A DNA stretch of 64,000 nt from Aotus nancymaae (GCF_030222135.1 NW_026988463.1:27048907-27112906), one strand, 5' to 3'; counted from the first letter of the stretch, positions 15,200 through 32,900 are shown. Numbers and translations: made by a program. Notes: generated by a model from the sequence alone, not told the origin.

Positions 15200-16025
15200 G
15201 TGAGGGCCTTCTGAGTCCCTGTGCCTATGTTCCTGAGAGAGCTGCCCAAGCAGGTATTAGGACAGAAAAAAGGAGATATGGGGTATGGCCTAGAGAGCCA
15301 GCCTCTGGCCATAACCCCAGAGAATTTGGGATGCTATCTTCTGCATCCCTGCTGCCTCAGGCAGCACCCCCACCCCAACCTCATGCCAGGACCATTAGTG
15401 GTTAAATAGCTGCTCTCTGCTTCCCACTGTTCCTATGCAGCCAGTCCAGCTGTTACACTCGCACCTGAGTAATTATCCTTAACCACAACTCCCATCTATT
15501 CTCTCTCTTGCTCAGAAATCCTAAATAGCTCTCTCATGTCACCTGGGAAAAACATCTAAATTTAAATTGAAATATAATAACCTCTGCGATCTGGTCCTAT
15601 CCTGGGAGGCAGCGTTCTCCCTTGGCGTCCACCCCCCAGGGGCTTTCTAATTGTTTTTTTTTTTTTTTTTAAGCGGTTAAATTCTTTATTCTAATGAAAT
15701 CTCAAAGAAGCAGGGCCACTCGCAGTAAAACAGGATTGGGGATTCTAGAGGCCCCACCTGCTGGGCTCCACTTCTGTGGACCCCTTAGGGTTCTGAAGAT
15801 CAGAGCTTGGAAAGTGAAGCCAGGACATAGGAGTTCTGTGTCATCTGTCACAGCTGACTCAGTGACCTTCAGTGAGTCCACTCCTACCTCTGGCATTCTG
15901 TCACGTTCCGAAAGATAGTGAAGGGAGAAAAATAAGTACAAAGTAGTGAGTTTTACATAAAGCCTGTTATTCTGCTCTATTTTTACGATGTTAAAAATGT
16001 CCTTTCTTTTATGATACAATAATAA

Positions 16026-16360
<335 letters not shown>

Positions 16361-16703
16361 TCATACAAGTTTCTTTTCGAATGCCCTTTGTAGATTAAAC
16401 AGTGGCCTGTCTGAACAACTTTCTCTTGTCTCAGGGAATACTTACTGGTTCTTGAAACCCAAAGGTGTAGAACTCCTCTGGACAGGAGTGTTTTCAAACT
16501 TTTCATTGCGTCCCATAGGGGAAAAAATGCATTTTAATACTCATATATAACCGAAATAACAGGTCTATAAAAAGATACTTTTAGTGAAATGTACTCTGAT
16601 AATCTTCTTTCTTTTTATGCTGTTTGGGATCCATTACTTATTTCATGACCCATTAATAAATTACCACTTGCATTTGAGAAACACTCATTGAACTAGATCT
16701 TAG

Positions 16704-17032
<329 letters not shown>

Positions 17033-17869
17033 GTAGTTTTAAATTTACTAATTTTATCACGTATCTGCTGTGTGTCAAGAGCGATTCTGCTATCTGCTTG
17101 TGTATATATCTCGTACCCTTGTTTGAAATAAGAAGAAACACGAGGGAGCTTGGGTGATGCATCCAAGGTCAAAGAGCTTGGAAGCAGCAGAGCTCAGATT
17201 TGACCCCAGGTTACCTGGCTATCTGACCATCAGCCTCCCAAGTGCAATGCTTTTCTGTACTCCTGCTGTCTCCTTTCCAAGCTCCCTCCCCACCCCACAC
17301 AGCTCGGCACTCCTCAGTGTGGCATTTCATCATCATTATTGGTCTGTGCAAACCTTTTCTCTTTCATTTTATTTCCTTCCCTTCATTCCCAATCCCCTGC
17401 CTACTTTCCTTTTGCCCAGGGGCACCCATCCAATTCTAATGTTTTGATACATTGTTCTGCATATGTGTGCATTTGAAATGTCCATAAATGGCATTGAAGC
17501 TGTGAATCAGTTTCTGTTGCATTGTGTTTTTTTAATTCAGCACTTTTTTCAAGATCTATTCATGCTGCTCCAAGTACATCTAGTTCTTTGCCTCTGACAG
17601 CTGCAGAGGAATCTATGGTGTTCATTCACCATATTTTGTTCATATATTCCCCTGAGGTTGGAGACCTAGATTGCCTCCCAGTTCCTGGCCCTACAAACCG
17701 TGTCACCATGAGCATCCTGGTGCGTGTTCCCTTCTGGCTCTGTGCCAGAGTCTCCTGTGATTGTAGCTGGGAGTAGAATTGCTGGATAACAGGACACCTG
17801 CAAACTGGGTTTTAGTAAATATCACCAAATTGCTCCCCGAATGGTTATAGCACTTTATCCTCATAATGA

Positions 17870-18140
17870 GCAGTGCATAAGAGATCCCATTTCTGCACGT
17901 CCTCATCAAAACATGGCATCATCCAGCTTTCTAATTTTGCCAATCCGATGAGTGTAGAGTGATCTCATTTTCATTTGCATGCCTCCGATTACTAATGAGG
18001 TTCAGCATCTTTTCATATACTCACTAGCATTTTTTTGTTTCCGTTTCTGTGAATTGCTTATTCATGTTCTTTACCAGATTTTTTGTTTTCTTTTTCATGT
18101 GGCTTAGCAGGAGATCCTTGCATATTTTAGTTTAGTTCCT
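17870..18140 (+). mobile_element. Old LINE-1 (L1M-like) fragment
   Basis: ccgatgagtgtagagtgatctcattttcatttgcatgcctccgattactaatgaggttcagcatcttttcatatactcactagcattttt resembles the mammalian L1 consensus segment. Confidence 0.5.
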
Positions 18141-18281
18141 AGGGATAATTAAGCCCTATTACATATGAGCATGTCTTATCCATGCCCCGGGGCATGGATT
18201 GTACATAACAGATTAACCTCTAAGCCTGTAAAATGGGACTGTTTACCTACCCTCCTCATCAGATTTCAGAAAATACTCTAA

Positions 18282-18597
<316 letters not shown>

Positions 18598-18840
18598 TTG
18601 CTGGTTTTTGAGATTCAGATGAGGAACTCCAGTTGAAAAAGTCTGTTTTAGATAAAAATATCTAGTCAATGTAGATATTACCAATATTTTCTCTTAGAAT
18701 GTTACCTGCTTATGGCATCTAGCGTTGAATGGAAATCTTTGATTTTTTAAAGCTACAAATAACCATTTATTATTTTGAAGCAGTATTTATTAACTGTAGA
18801 AATTTCAGAAACACAAGTAATCTAAAAAATAAAAGCACCG

Positions 18841-19251
<411 letters not shown>

Positions 19252-19427
19252 TTATAATCTGCTTTTTTGTTGTTGTTAATAATTGCTATCTTTACATGTC
19301 AATAAATATTTAATGTCCAGTCCAGGGCATACTCCAGTTTCTCCAGTTGTTCCAGAAATGTGTTTTTATACCTGGTTCATCAAACCAGGGACCAGTCTAG
19401 ATCTTCACGTTGCATCTGGTTATCTGC

Positions 19428-19580
19428 AAGTTGACAATGGAGAGCATGACTTAAAATCTCATGTAATGATGTTAAAGAGATGATAAAAGTTAGAGGTATT
19501 CTGTGGCGCAAATGTCATTACTGGATCAGGTAAGGATTATCAATTGGTGCGTCATTGATAGGTAACTGCCTTAATACAGT
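19428..19580 (+). repeat. Inverted-repeat arm A (pairs with 20296-20448)
   Basis: The reverse complement of this arm matches arm B at roughly 90% identity over about 150 bp. Confidence 0.8.
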
Positions 19581-19794
19581 GGCCAAATAATACCATATGC
19601 GTTACTTTATTACAATCCAAGGGTCCCTTTTTCCTCACGATGCTGGCTTGTTAAAGAGACTGCCAGTTGTCCTGCACAGTGACCTCTTTCCAAATGGGCC
19701 TGGTTGTTTACTCCCTGTATCATTTGGTTTGTTACCCAACCTACCCTTAATTTCCTACAAACCAGACTGTAGATTTAAACTGACTGATATTGGC

Positions 19795-20100
<306 letters not shown>

Positions 20101-20295
20101 AAATTACTGATATTAAACATTTTGGTTAGAATACATTTTAGGTAATGTTATGTATGTATTTCACATTAGGTCACATCGAACAACCTGTAATATTGTTAAT
20201 ATGATTCGTCATTAATGACGTTCATAATTGGCCCCTGGATATAGGGGATGGTGGTTTGATCCCTCTATCATTGTTACATTTCCCTGTTGCCAACT

Positions 20296-20448
20296 GTGAA
20301 GTAATGCATATGGTATTATTTGGCCACTGAATTAAGGCAGTTACCTATCAATGACACATCAATTGATAATCCTTACCTGAACCAGTAATTACATTTGTGC
20401 CATAGAATACCTATTACTCTTATCATCTCTTCAACATTATTACATGAG
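20296..20448 (-). repeat. Inverted-repeat arm B
   Basis: gcatatggtattatttggccactgaattaaggcagttacctatcaatgac... is the reverse complement of arm A. Confidence 0.8.
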
Positions 20449-20612
20449 ATTATTTGTAAAGTCATGCTTTCCATTGTCAACTTGAAAAACTTTTGATTTT
20501 GATGTAGTCCAATTCCTCACCATTTTTTGCCTAATGGCATATCCTTATGGCCTTGTTTAAAAATTTTTTTCTGATTCTCCATTTCTTGTTAGCTTTATAG
20601 TTTTATTTTATT

Positions 20613-21242
<630 letters not shown>

Positions 21243-21249
21243 TAATCTA

Positions 21250-22050
<801 letters not shown>

Positions 22051-22181
22051 CTGGAATGGGGGTCTGCCATAACAGAAACCTCAAATGTAGAAGTAACTTT
22101 ACAACTGAGAAGTAGGAAGAAGTTGGCAGGTCTTTGAGGAGAGTGTTACTAACAAAGCTTAAGGACTGTTAAAGAGTATTG

Positions 22182-22310
22182 GCGGGGCACAGTGGCTCAC
22201 GCTTGTAATCATTACTTTTGGTGGCTGAGGTGGGAGGATTACTTGAGCTCAGGAGTTCGAGACCAGCCTGGGCAATATAGTAAGACTTTGTCTCTAAGAA
22301 ATATTTTTTT
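22182..22310 (+). repeat. Alu monomer (FLAM-like)
   Basis: Left-monomer consensus. Confidence 0.7.
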
Positions 22311-22919
22311 AAAGTTTAAGAGTCTGTTAATAAGAGTCCAGTGACCTTTAAGGAGGCTGCAATGAAGTCTTAAAGAACAGTTAGGAAAATGCTTTTGGAA
22401 ACTGATGGAAAGGAGATCCTTGTGTAGCGGCAGAAAGTTTAGCAACACTATCTCCTGCAGTAATGTGGAGGGTAGGAAATACATCTAATGAATGGATGGT
22501 CTAGCTAAGGAGCTTCCCAGACAGAATGTTGAAGGTGCCACCTGCCTTCTTGTTACTATTAGTAAAATTGAAGAGGAGAGGGTAAGTTAAAGAAAAAACC
22601 ATTTGAATGAAAAGGAGCCTGAAGTTGATGGGTGTGAAAATTCCCAGCCTTTCCAGATAACAAGTGATGTTAAAATTAACAAATGGCTTCCATGCAAAGA
22701 TTAAATACAAGGCATTAAATACAGGAAAATGTGGTCTAAAGGTGAAGCTGAGGATGTGATGAAAATCCTTTGTTAAGACCTCTGAAATACCAAGAAGATG
22801 CTTCAGAGGGACCTTCCAGTCAAATCAAATAATAATAGCACTTCTGAGAGCCTTAAAGGTGTTGTGTCTTAGCATCTCAGCATAAGCCCAAACTAGAGAA
22901 GGGCTTACCTTACAGATTT

Positions 22920-23168
22920 TTTTTTTCTTTTGAAAAGGCTCACTGCAACCTCTGCTCCCAGGTTCAAGCAATTCTGCTGCCTCGGCCTCCCGAGTAGCTG
23001 GGATTACAGGCACCCGGCACCATGCCTGGCTAATTTTTGTATTTTTAGTAGAGACAGGGTTTCACCATGTTGGTCAGGCTACTCTCAAACTCTCGACCTC
23101 AGGTGATCCATCCGCCTCGGTCTCCCAATGTGCTGGGAGTACAAGGGTGAGCCACCACACCTGACCAC
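22920..23168 (-). repeat. Alu SINE (truncated)
   Basis: Reverse complement of the Alu consensus, lacking part of the right arm. Confidence 0.85.
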
Positions 23169-23536
23169 TTGCAGAGATTTTTAGGTGTGGCTTTTTCTAG
23201 TGTAGTGAACCCTAAGACATGCAAGATACCCAATAAGTTATGAAGAGAATTATATTGGCAGAAACACTGCCAGCTTGGAATGAAAGGGACAGAACCAGTG
23301 CAAAAGGACAAGAGGCCTTTGCACCGAGGCCTTTGCACCCCCAAACTTCTATAGGAAGCAGGCAGATGAAACTGTGGAGCTGCAAACATCTTTCATGGAA
23401 GAGGTGGAATGACTCAGGCAGATCCATGGAGAATCATTCCTGAACAGGAGTAGGCATCAGAGTTTCCAGCATTTCTCCAACTGGATTATAGAATTGATAC
23501 AGACTTATATGTGCCTCCTGTCCCTTGCCCCATTTT

Positions 23537-23660
23537 TCTTTTTTTTTTTTCTTTTGAAACAGTCTTGCTATGTTGCCCAGGCTGGTCTAGAACTCATGGG
23601 CTCAAGTGATCCTCCCACCTTGGCCTCCCGAGTAGCTGGGATGACAGGCACATGGTACCA
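23537..23660 (-). repeat. Partial Alu
   Basis: Reverse complement of the Alu consensus, partial. Confidence 0.7.
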
Positions 23661-23769
23661 TGCCTAGCTTCCCCTGCTTTTGAACAAGAATGTCCTACCT
23701 TACTGGTTATCCTGTGCCTGCCTCTTCCACTGCACTCTGGGTGTGTGGAGGAGATAACCTTTCTCTTTA

Positions 23770-24117
<348 letters not shown>

Positions 24118-24399
24118 TTAAGGAACTGCTCACTAGAGCCACATCCCCACCTTGACCTGATTGAGATGACGAGATTCTGTATTTTGAGCTGATGCTGTAA
24201 TGGGATGATGGGGGATCCTGGGAGCAGGTGAATGTATTTGGCATGTGGGAGGGAGGAAATCACTGAGGGCCAGCAGTGGCCTGTGGAGCGAGTCACCAAG
24301 GCAGCCTGATGGTTCTCATACCCTGGGGCTCGTTCCCATGTGTAATCTCCTTCCACACTGGATAGGGCCGACAGACCTAGGTGGTAAAAGACAATGAGG

Positions 24400-25085
<686 letters not shown>

Positions 25086-25289
25086 TTGCTCATTTGTGGT
25101 GTCTTTTAAAAAATCCTAGTCCTCATATACACAGCGGTCTGTTTCTGAGCGCTCTGTTGTGTTTCTCGGGTGTTTTTGTTTCTGTTCCGGAACTGACACT
25201 GTTCTCACTGTTGCGGCTTTGCAGCCTATCTTAATATCTGGCAGGGTCAGCCTTTCCTCTGCTCTTCTTTTTAAAAACTGACATAAGTA

Positions 25290-25396
25290 TGGGAGGATAG
25301 CTTGAGCCCAGGAGGTCAAGGCTGCTGTGAGCTCTGATCACGTCACTGCACCCAGCCTGGGTGACAGCAAGACCCTCTTAAAAAAAAAAAAAAAAT
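25290..25396 (+). repeat. Alu 3' fragment
   Basis: Right-arm consensus with an A tail. Confidence 0.7.
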
Positions 25397-26173
25397 TGAC
25401 CTAAGTAATAGTAGACTTTTATTCTTCTGTGTTAATTTTAGAGAGTCTTATGAGTTTCTTAAAAAAAAAAAAAAAAAAAATCTGGAATTTGCATTAGAAT
25501 TGCACATTGAATTTTCAAGTTTGGGAGAAGTGAGAGAGATTTTGGCATGAAGATTCTAGAAGACAGAAGAGAAAGAAGCCCATGCATTTGCTTCTGATTT
25601 CTTTCTCCAACCTCACCCCACCCAGTGAGGTTCATTCACTCAACAAATATGTTCATTCATCCAACAAATACTCACAGAGCATCACCTGTTTACTAGGTAG
25701 TTATTGATAGGTGGGAAGAGACAGATCATAAACAAATATATAAAAATTTTAGAAAAAGTCAAGCACTAAGTGCTGTGTAGAAAATGAACTGATAAAAGGC
25801 AGATGTAGAGGAGGGTGTTTTAGCCAGGGGACCTGGGGAGGGCTGGCCCTGAGGAGGCACTGTGGGAGCTGCGATCTGAATGGCATGACAGACCCGCCAC
25901 TCTCACAGCTGAGCAAAGAAGCATCCCTGGCAGGGGCACAGCCAGCGGCCGTGGTGGGCACAAGCTGGATGTGTGAAGCAGTAAAGCGTCTGTGGGACCA
26001 AAGCCCAGCAAACAAAGGGAGAGTGGCAGAGAGGTTGGCGGAGCCCAGAGCCTGCAGAGCCCTGCAGACCACTGAGGAGTCTGCAATTGTTCCCAAGCAG
26101 CTTTTGAAGGCTTTTAAATGGAGAGTATGTGGCCTTTGGTCATGCTGTTAACCACCTTCCGCTTCTTCCCCAG

Positions 26174-26263
26174 CAAAAAAGGGAGACGCTGCCCCCGCTG
26201 TGCCTCATCCCCACGGTGACATCTCCCCGGGAGGAGCAGCAGCTCCTGGCCGGCACCTCCAAG
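26174..26263 (+). CDS. KCTD13: KCTD13 coding exon 3
   Basis: Acceptor cccag at 26169-26173. Encodes QKRETLPPLCLIPTVTSPREEQQLLAGTSK. Donor GTGAGG at 26264. Confidence 0.9.
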
Positions 26264-26353
26264 GTGAGGCCCCTGAGCCCTGTAGGGTGGAGGCTCACTG
26301 GAGTCCTCTCCCTGCAGTCTCACCCCTTTCCTCCATCCTCTCTCCCCCACCAG

Positions 26354-26406
26354 CCCGTGGTGAAGCTCCTGCACAACCGCAGTAACAACAAGTACTCCTA
26401 TACCAG
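26354..26406 (+). CDS. KCTD13: KCTD13 coding exon 4
   Basis: Acceptor ccaccag. Encodes PVVKLLHNRSNNKYSYT(S). Donor GTGACC at 26407. The exon ends in phase 2 and the frame is restored by exon 5. Confidence 0.88.
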
Positions 26407-26796
26407 GTGACCGCGGGGGTGCGGGGTACTGGGCGGGACCCTGAGATGCGGCACAGCCCTGCTTCTGCCCAAGGCAAGGGCCCTGGCCACACGGGGGGCC
26501 TACAAGAACATCTGCCTGCCTGCTCGCAGATTCAGCTCTGCCTCTTACCCCTGGCACCCTGGGCAGGTCCTTTCCACTTCTCAGCTTCAGCTCAGTCATC
26601 AGTAACCTGGGATTTGGGTGAGCACAAAATGATAATGGTGAGCCTGTCCAAGTGCTCTCTCTAGGAACTGGCATAGTCCTCCCCCTTGAGGTCAGGACTG
26701 TTGTGAGCTCCATTCTACAGATGAGGAGGTCAAGGCACCAAGAGGTGAAGTAACTTGCCTACTGTCACCCAGTTTAAAAGGTGGGGGTGCCAGCTG

Positions 26797-27124
<328 letters not shown>

Positions 27125-27351
27125 CTAGGGCCCCCACGGGAGCCACTGTGCTGTGCTGGGATTTGCTCAGCGCATGTGGCTTCCCTTCGGAGGCCCACTT
27201 AGCCTGGCCCCAGGGGCAGAGGAGGCTCCCTGTTGGGCACCAAAATCCTGGGCAGGAGCAGAGGGCTGGGGATGCATCCAGGCCCTGGTCCTGGGGGTAC
27301 AGAGGGAGGGGCGCCAGCTGCGCTGAGGCCTCCTGGTCCCCTGGTCCTCAG

Positions 27352-27547
27352 CACCTCAGACGACAACCTACTTAAGAACATCGAGCTGTTCGACAAGCTG
27401 GCCCTGCGCTTCCACGGGCGGCTGCTCTTCCTCAAGGATGTCCTGGGGGACGAGATCTGCTGCTGGTCTTTCTACGGGCAGGGCCGCAAAATCGCCGAGG
27501 TGTGCTGCACCTCCATTGTCTATGCCACGGAGAAGAAGCAGACCAAG
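27352..27547 (+). CDS. KCTD13: KCTD13 coding exon 5
   Basis: Acceptor cctcag at 27346-27351. Encodes (S)[65 protein letters not shown]. Donor GTCAGA at 27548. Confidence 0.9.
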
Positions 27548-27857
27548 GTCAGAGGGGCTTCAGAGCCTGCACGAGGGGCTGGGGGTGGGCAGGACCAGGA
27601 CCCTGGACAAAAGCAGGAGGCAGGAACCAGATCCTGGGGTCTGGGTGTGCAACATTGGGCAAGCCATCTTATCCCTGTGGGTCTGTGTTTCTCGGTGAAG
27701 TCAGGGTCATGGGTTAGAGCAGGGTGCTTAGCCTAGGCCTGTTGGATGGGTTTCAAGGCTGTCTGCAACTCCTGAATTAGTGTGCAGGTTATGGGGGTGT
27801 ATGCATTTTTCTGTATAGGAGGTCTGTAGTTGTCATTAGAAACTTAGAAGGGACCAG

Positions 27858-28480
<623 letters not shown>

Positions 28481-29186
28481 GAAAGAAAGAAACTCAGAAA
28501 GGTCCACTGCCAAAAATAGATTCTTAAAACCTCAGGACCAGATGTCTCTTAGAACATCCTCTGAGTTTGTAGATCCTGAGTTATCAACGTGGCAATCATC
28601 AGCAGATATTCCCCAAGCCCCTGCTCTGTGCTATGTACTGCACCAGGCTGGAAATCAAGGTGAATGAAGTGCTGAGCAAAGTACCAGCCCTTCCTCACGT
28701 GGTCTCTTCCAAGCTTACTGTGAGCCGTGTGCCTCAGGTACACCAGTCACCGCAAGCCTCTAAGCACCCAGTGCTGTTTCACCCCTCTTAACCTCTGCAC
28801 ACACTGTTGCCTCTTCTTGGAATTCTTTCCTTCTATCTGCCTAATGAACTTGTACTTAACGTTAACACTCAAGCTAAGCATCACTTTCTTTGGGTCACCT
28901 TCACTCATGAACTTTCAACCCAACAACCTCAAAGTTGGTCACACTCCCTTCATAGCTAAAGACAGTGTTTATTATCCTGTGTGGGTGGAGGGGAGGGGGT
29001 TGCGTCAGCAGTTGGGTGTTAGTTTCTTGAGGGCAGTGCCATGTCCTTTCTCCCTAGAATTAGCTAGGCCCTTGTCACACAGTGGAAGCTAGGAAACATT
29101 TATTGAATAAATGAATGAATCAGTGACCCAGCTTCCAAGAAACATCCTCTGTAATTGGGAAGATAGGAAGATAAACCAATAATTAG

Positions 29187-29475
29187 AGTGCATGGCTCAC
29201 GCCTGTAATCCCAACACTTTGGGAGGCTGAGGCAGGGGATAACTTGAGTCCAGGAGTTTGAGGCCAGCCTGGGCAACACAGCAAGGCCCCCATCTCTACA
29301 AAATAAAAATAAAAAAATTGGTTGGGCATAGTGGCACACCCAGGTACTCAGGAGGCTGAGGTGGGAGGATCACTTGAGCCCAGGAGGTTGAGGCTGCAAG
29401 GATCCATGATCACACCACTGCACCCCAGCCTACTAAACAAGAGTGAGATCCTGTCTCAGAAACAAACGAACAAAA
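29187..29475 (+). repeat. Alu SINE
   Basis: Alu consensus. Confidence 0.88.
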
Positions 29476-29810
29476 ACAGTTTGCTAAGAGCTGTGTTAGA
29501 TGCTTCCAAGACCACACAAGGGAATGCCTCAGTCACCTCTTCGACTTCATCCCCTTCCACTCGCTCTCATCTCTGCCTCAATTGCATTGATCTTCCGGTG
29601 ATATATTCCAGTAAGACGCTGGGTACACTCCTGACCCACAGCTCTCACGCTGGCTCTGGCCCTTCCCAGGCTGCCCTTTCTAGCTGTGTGCCTAGTCCCC
29701 AGCCCCATTCCTTTGGTCAAATGTCACCTTCTCAGTGAGGCCTTCCCTGGAGTCCCTCTTAAAAGTTCTAACACTCCTGGCTCTGGCCATCACATCTTCT
29801 TTTCCTGCTC

Positions 29811-29832
29811 TGTCTCTCTCTCTCTCTCTCTC
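29811..29832. repeat. (TC)n microsatellite followed by C- and T-homopolymers
   Basis: tctctctctctctctctctctc ccgcacgcgtccccccccttttttttt. Confidence 0.9.
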
Positions 29833-29859
29833 TCCGCACGCGTCCCCCCCCTTTTTTTT

Positions 29860-29990
29860 TAAATAGATGAGATCTCGCTACATTGCCCTTGCTGGCTTTG
29901 AACTCCTGGGCTCCAACAATCCTCCTGCCTTAGCCTCCCAAATTGCTGGGTTTGCAGTCAGGAGATACCATACCCGGCTTATATCTTTTC
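29860..29990 (-). repeat. Partial Alu / FLAM
   Basis: Reverse complement of the Alu consensus, partial. Confidence 0.7.
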
Positions 29991-30019
29991 CTAAACATCA
30001 TCATCTGACTTCATTTATA

Positions 30020-30300
30020 TTTTATTTATTTATTTATTTATTTATTGAGATGGGGTCTCACTCTGTCACCCAGGTTGGAGTGCAGTGGTACAATCTCTGC
30101 TTACAGCAACCTCTGCCTCCCATGCCCAAGTGATCCTCCCAACTCGGCCTCCCAAGTAGCTGGGAACACAGCTAGTTAATTTTTTGTATTTTTGGTAGTT
30201 ATGGGGTTTCCCCATGTTGCCCAGGCTGGACTCAAACTCCTGGCCTCAAGCTATCCCTCCCAAAGTGCTGGGATTACAGGCATGAGCCACCATGACCAGC
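30020..30300 (-). repeat. Alu SINE, preceded by a (TTTA)n tract at 30021-30046
   Basis: Reverse complement of the Alu consensus; about 400 bp upstream of KCTD13 exon 6. Confidence 0.85.
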
Positions 30301-30694
30301 TTGTTTATATTTTCTGAAGTGTATGACGGAGTCCTCCCACCAGAATGTAACTTCCTGAGGACAGGACCCTTGTTTTGTTCACTGATGTTTTTGCAGTGCC
30401 TAAAACAATACCTGGTGCAGTGCACTTACTCAGTATTTGTCAAATGCAAACGTATACCAAGAGACTAGGCAGGGCAGGAGATGAAGGAGAGAAAACAAAT
30501 TCTGCCTGCCTGACATCAGAGCTGAGCCTTGAAGTATGACTTTGCCAAGTAAAGGAGTGGCAGAGAGGCCAGGCCAGGCCCAAGGACCTGATTGCAGGGC
30601 TAGGAGGTGCGTCTGTGCAGGAGCCCTAGGCAGGGGGATGGCCCTATGTGACTGCACCAGAGGGAAGGAGCTGGGGCTGGCTGGCCTTTTGCAG

Positions 30695-30931
30695 GTGGAA
30701 TTTCCAGAGGCCCGGATCTTTGAGGAGACCTTGAACATCCTGATCTACGAGACTCCCCGGGGCCCAGACCCAGCCCTCCTGGAGGCCACAGCGGGAGCAG
30801 CTGGAGCTGGTGGGGCCGGCCGCGGGGAGGATGAAGAGAACCGAGAGCACCGTGTCCGCAGGATCCATGTCCGGCGTCACATCACCCATGATGAGCGCCC
30901 TCATGGCCAACAAATTGTCTTCAAGGACTGA
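30695..30931 (+). CDS. KCTD13: KCTD13 coding exon 6 (terminal; stop TGA 30929-30931)
   Basis: Acceptor tttgcag at 30688-30694. Encodes VEFPEARIFEETLNILIYETPRGPDPALLEATAGAAGAGGAGRGEDEENREHRVRRIHVRRHITHDERPHGQQIVFKD*. The six exons total 990 nt, giving 329 aa. Confidence 0.92.
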   Translation: MEFPEARIFEETLNILIYETPRGPDPALLEATAGAAGAGGAGRGEDEENREHRVRRIHVRRHITHDERPHGQQIVFKD

Positions 30932-31411
30932 CCTCTGACCCTCCCCCTACCTTCCTCCTGCCTTGGGACCCAGTCTCCCTCTCTTTCCCTCCCCTTCCCA
31001 GACCTTTGCCCCGGCTCTGCTGGTCAAGTCGTGGGTCCTTCTCTGTCCCTTCATTGCATGGCACAGCTCACTTTGGCCCTTCTCCATCCATCTTGACCCC
31101 ATTGCTAACAACATGGTACGTTCCGGCCCCCGCCGCTCAGAGCCTTCCGAAGCCAACACTTGTCCCCATCCTGCGTCCTTCCCTCTCCAGCTGGTTGAGA
31201 GGGATTTAGAATTCTCTTTCTCTTTTCTCAGTGCATCTTCCATGCCAAAGTGTCCGGCCTGCCCTTCCTAACACCACCGCAGTCTGAGCCGCCTCCTGCG
31301 TTGTGCAGGGTAGTCCGCCCCGTCCTCCCCACCATCCTCCCTACCTCCTTAACTTTCTACTAGACTGGCCTGGGCCTGCCCAGCTCAGCGTTCTCAGTCT
31401 GTTTCATATTA

Positions 31412-31417
31412 TTTATT
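31412..31417 (-). terminator. ASPHD1: Polyadenylation signal (AATAAA on the - strand), candidate ASPHD1 3' end
   Basis: tttatt on the + strand equals AATAAA on the - strand, about 465 nt downstream of the ASPHD1 stop at 31882-31884 in the - sense. Confidence 0.45.
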
Positions 31418-31443
31418 ATTTTAATTTTCTATTAAATTATTGG

Positions 31444-31449
31444 AATAAA
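31444..31449 (+). terminator. KCTD13: Polyadenylation signal AATAAA, candidate KCTD13 3' end
   Basis: ggaataaagttgag about 510 nt downstream of the KCTD13 stop; no coding sequence beyond it. Confidence 0.55.
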
Positions 31450-31517
31450 GTTGAGTTGAGTTGAACTGGTGCTGGCTCCTGGAGAGAGGGACAGGGATAT
31501 TCCTGTGTCAGGAGGTA

Positions 31518-31650
31518 TCTAGCCAGCCGTGATGGCTCACACCTGTAATCCCAGCTACTCAGGAGGTTGAGGCAGAAGGATCACTTGAGCCCAGGAGTTC
31601 AAGACCAGCCTGAGCAACATAGCAAGACCCTGACTCTACAAAAAAAAAAA
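31518..31650 (+). repeat. Alu monomer (FLAM/FRAM-like)
   Basis: Monomer consensus with an A tail. Confidence 0.75.
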
Positions 31651-31881
31651 GAGGAGGTACTAGTTTGGTTGTACTGGGAGGACATGAGGCCTTGCCCCAG
31701 CCTATCCCTGGGAAGGAAGTAGTCAGGAGTTAGGAGAGGATTCAGAATTTATATTTCAGTGCTCGCTAGCCAGTGCCCACCCTCCGCCCCGCCCACCCCC
31801 CGCAGTATGGACTGGCTACCATGAAGCCGTCCCTGAGCGCAGCATCTCTCCAGCCCGGGAGTGTGAAGGGAACACCTTCCT

Positions 31882-31991
31882 TCAGGGGTCTGGTGCGAAG
31901 ACAAAGTCGAGGGCCTGGCGCTCGGCCCCTGCCACGTTGGGGTGCCAGAGGTCCACGATGAAGACCACTCGAGGCCCATCTTCAGGGGAGC
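31882..31991 (-). CDS. ASPHD1: ASPHD1 terminal coding exon (stop codon at 31882-31884 read on the - strand)
   Basis: The reverse complement encodes (G)[35 protein letters not shown]. The - strand acceptor AG is complementary to + strand 31992-31993. Confidence 0.85.
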
Positions 31992-32082
31992 CTAGGGCAC
32001 ATGGGACAGGAACAGCAGAGCCGCTGACGTTAGGTACTTCCACACCAGAGCACTCACGAAAGACCAGAAAAGCAAACAGTAA

Positions 32083-32415
<333 letters not shown>

Positions 32416-32786
32416 GATAGGTATCAACTCTTAATCATCAAAACAAACTATGTTGTATTACCATAACTAACCCCATTTTATACAAAACAACAGAGGCATA
32501 AGGAGATTAAGTCACTTGCCCAAGTGCAAGAGGTAGAACAGGAACCCAGAGTCTTGTGCTGGTAACCGCTTTTCTGTGCACTTAACATTATTTAATCCTT
32601 GCAGTCACTTGATGAAGGTGGGGGCCCTAGGGGATTGGAGAAGTTATGTGACTTGTTCAAGGTCATGCAGCCAGAAGATGGTGGTGGTAGGACAGGAAGT
32701 CCGCTGGGCCTGATTCTGCAGCCTAAGTCTACGCTCCTTTGCTCCTGAGACCCTCACCGCCCCCTGTAGAATGGGCACCCTGTTAC

Positions 32787-32900
32787 CATTGTGAGCCACT
32801 GTGTGCAGAAAAGAGTCGTCCACCAGTAGACAGTGCCCCTCAGCCCAGCACTGGGGCTCACCGCCAACCACCAGCTCACAGCCAGGAGGGATCTTCAGGC
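32787..32900 (-). CDS. ASPHD1: ASPHD1 coding exon 2
   Basis: The reverse complement encodes (G)[37 protein letters not shown](G). Acceptor ttacag and donor gtaaca are visible on the - strand. Confidence 0.85.

Noticed and set aside
26114-26713. A 199-aa - strand ORF antisense to KCTD13 exons 3-4
   Set aside because: It is a GC-rich intron/exon region where long open frames arise by chance; it is antisense to confirmed coding exons and has no recognisable domain
30021-30046. The (TTTA)n tract, and other simple repeats such as (GAAA)n, (CAA)n, (AAAT)n and (TTAA)n next to Alus
   Set aside because: These are typical Alu A-tail-derived microsatellites and not independent features of interest, although they may be length-polymorphic
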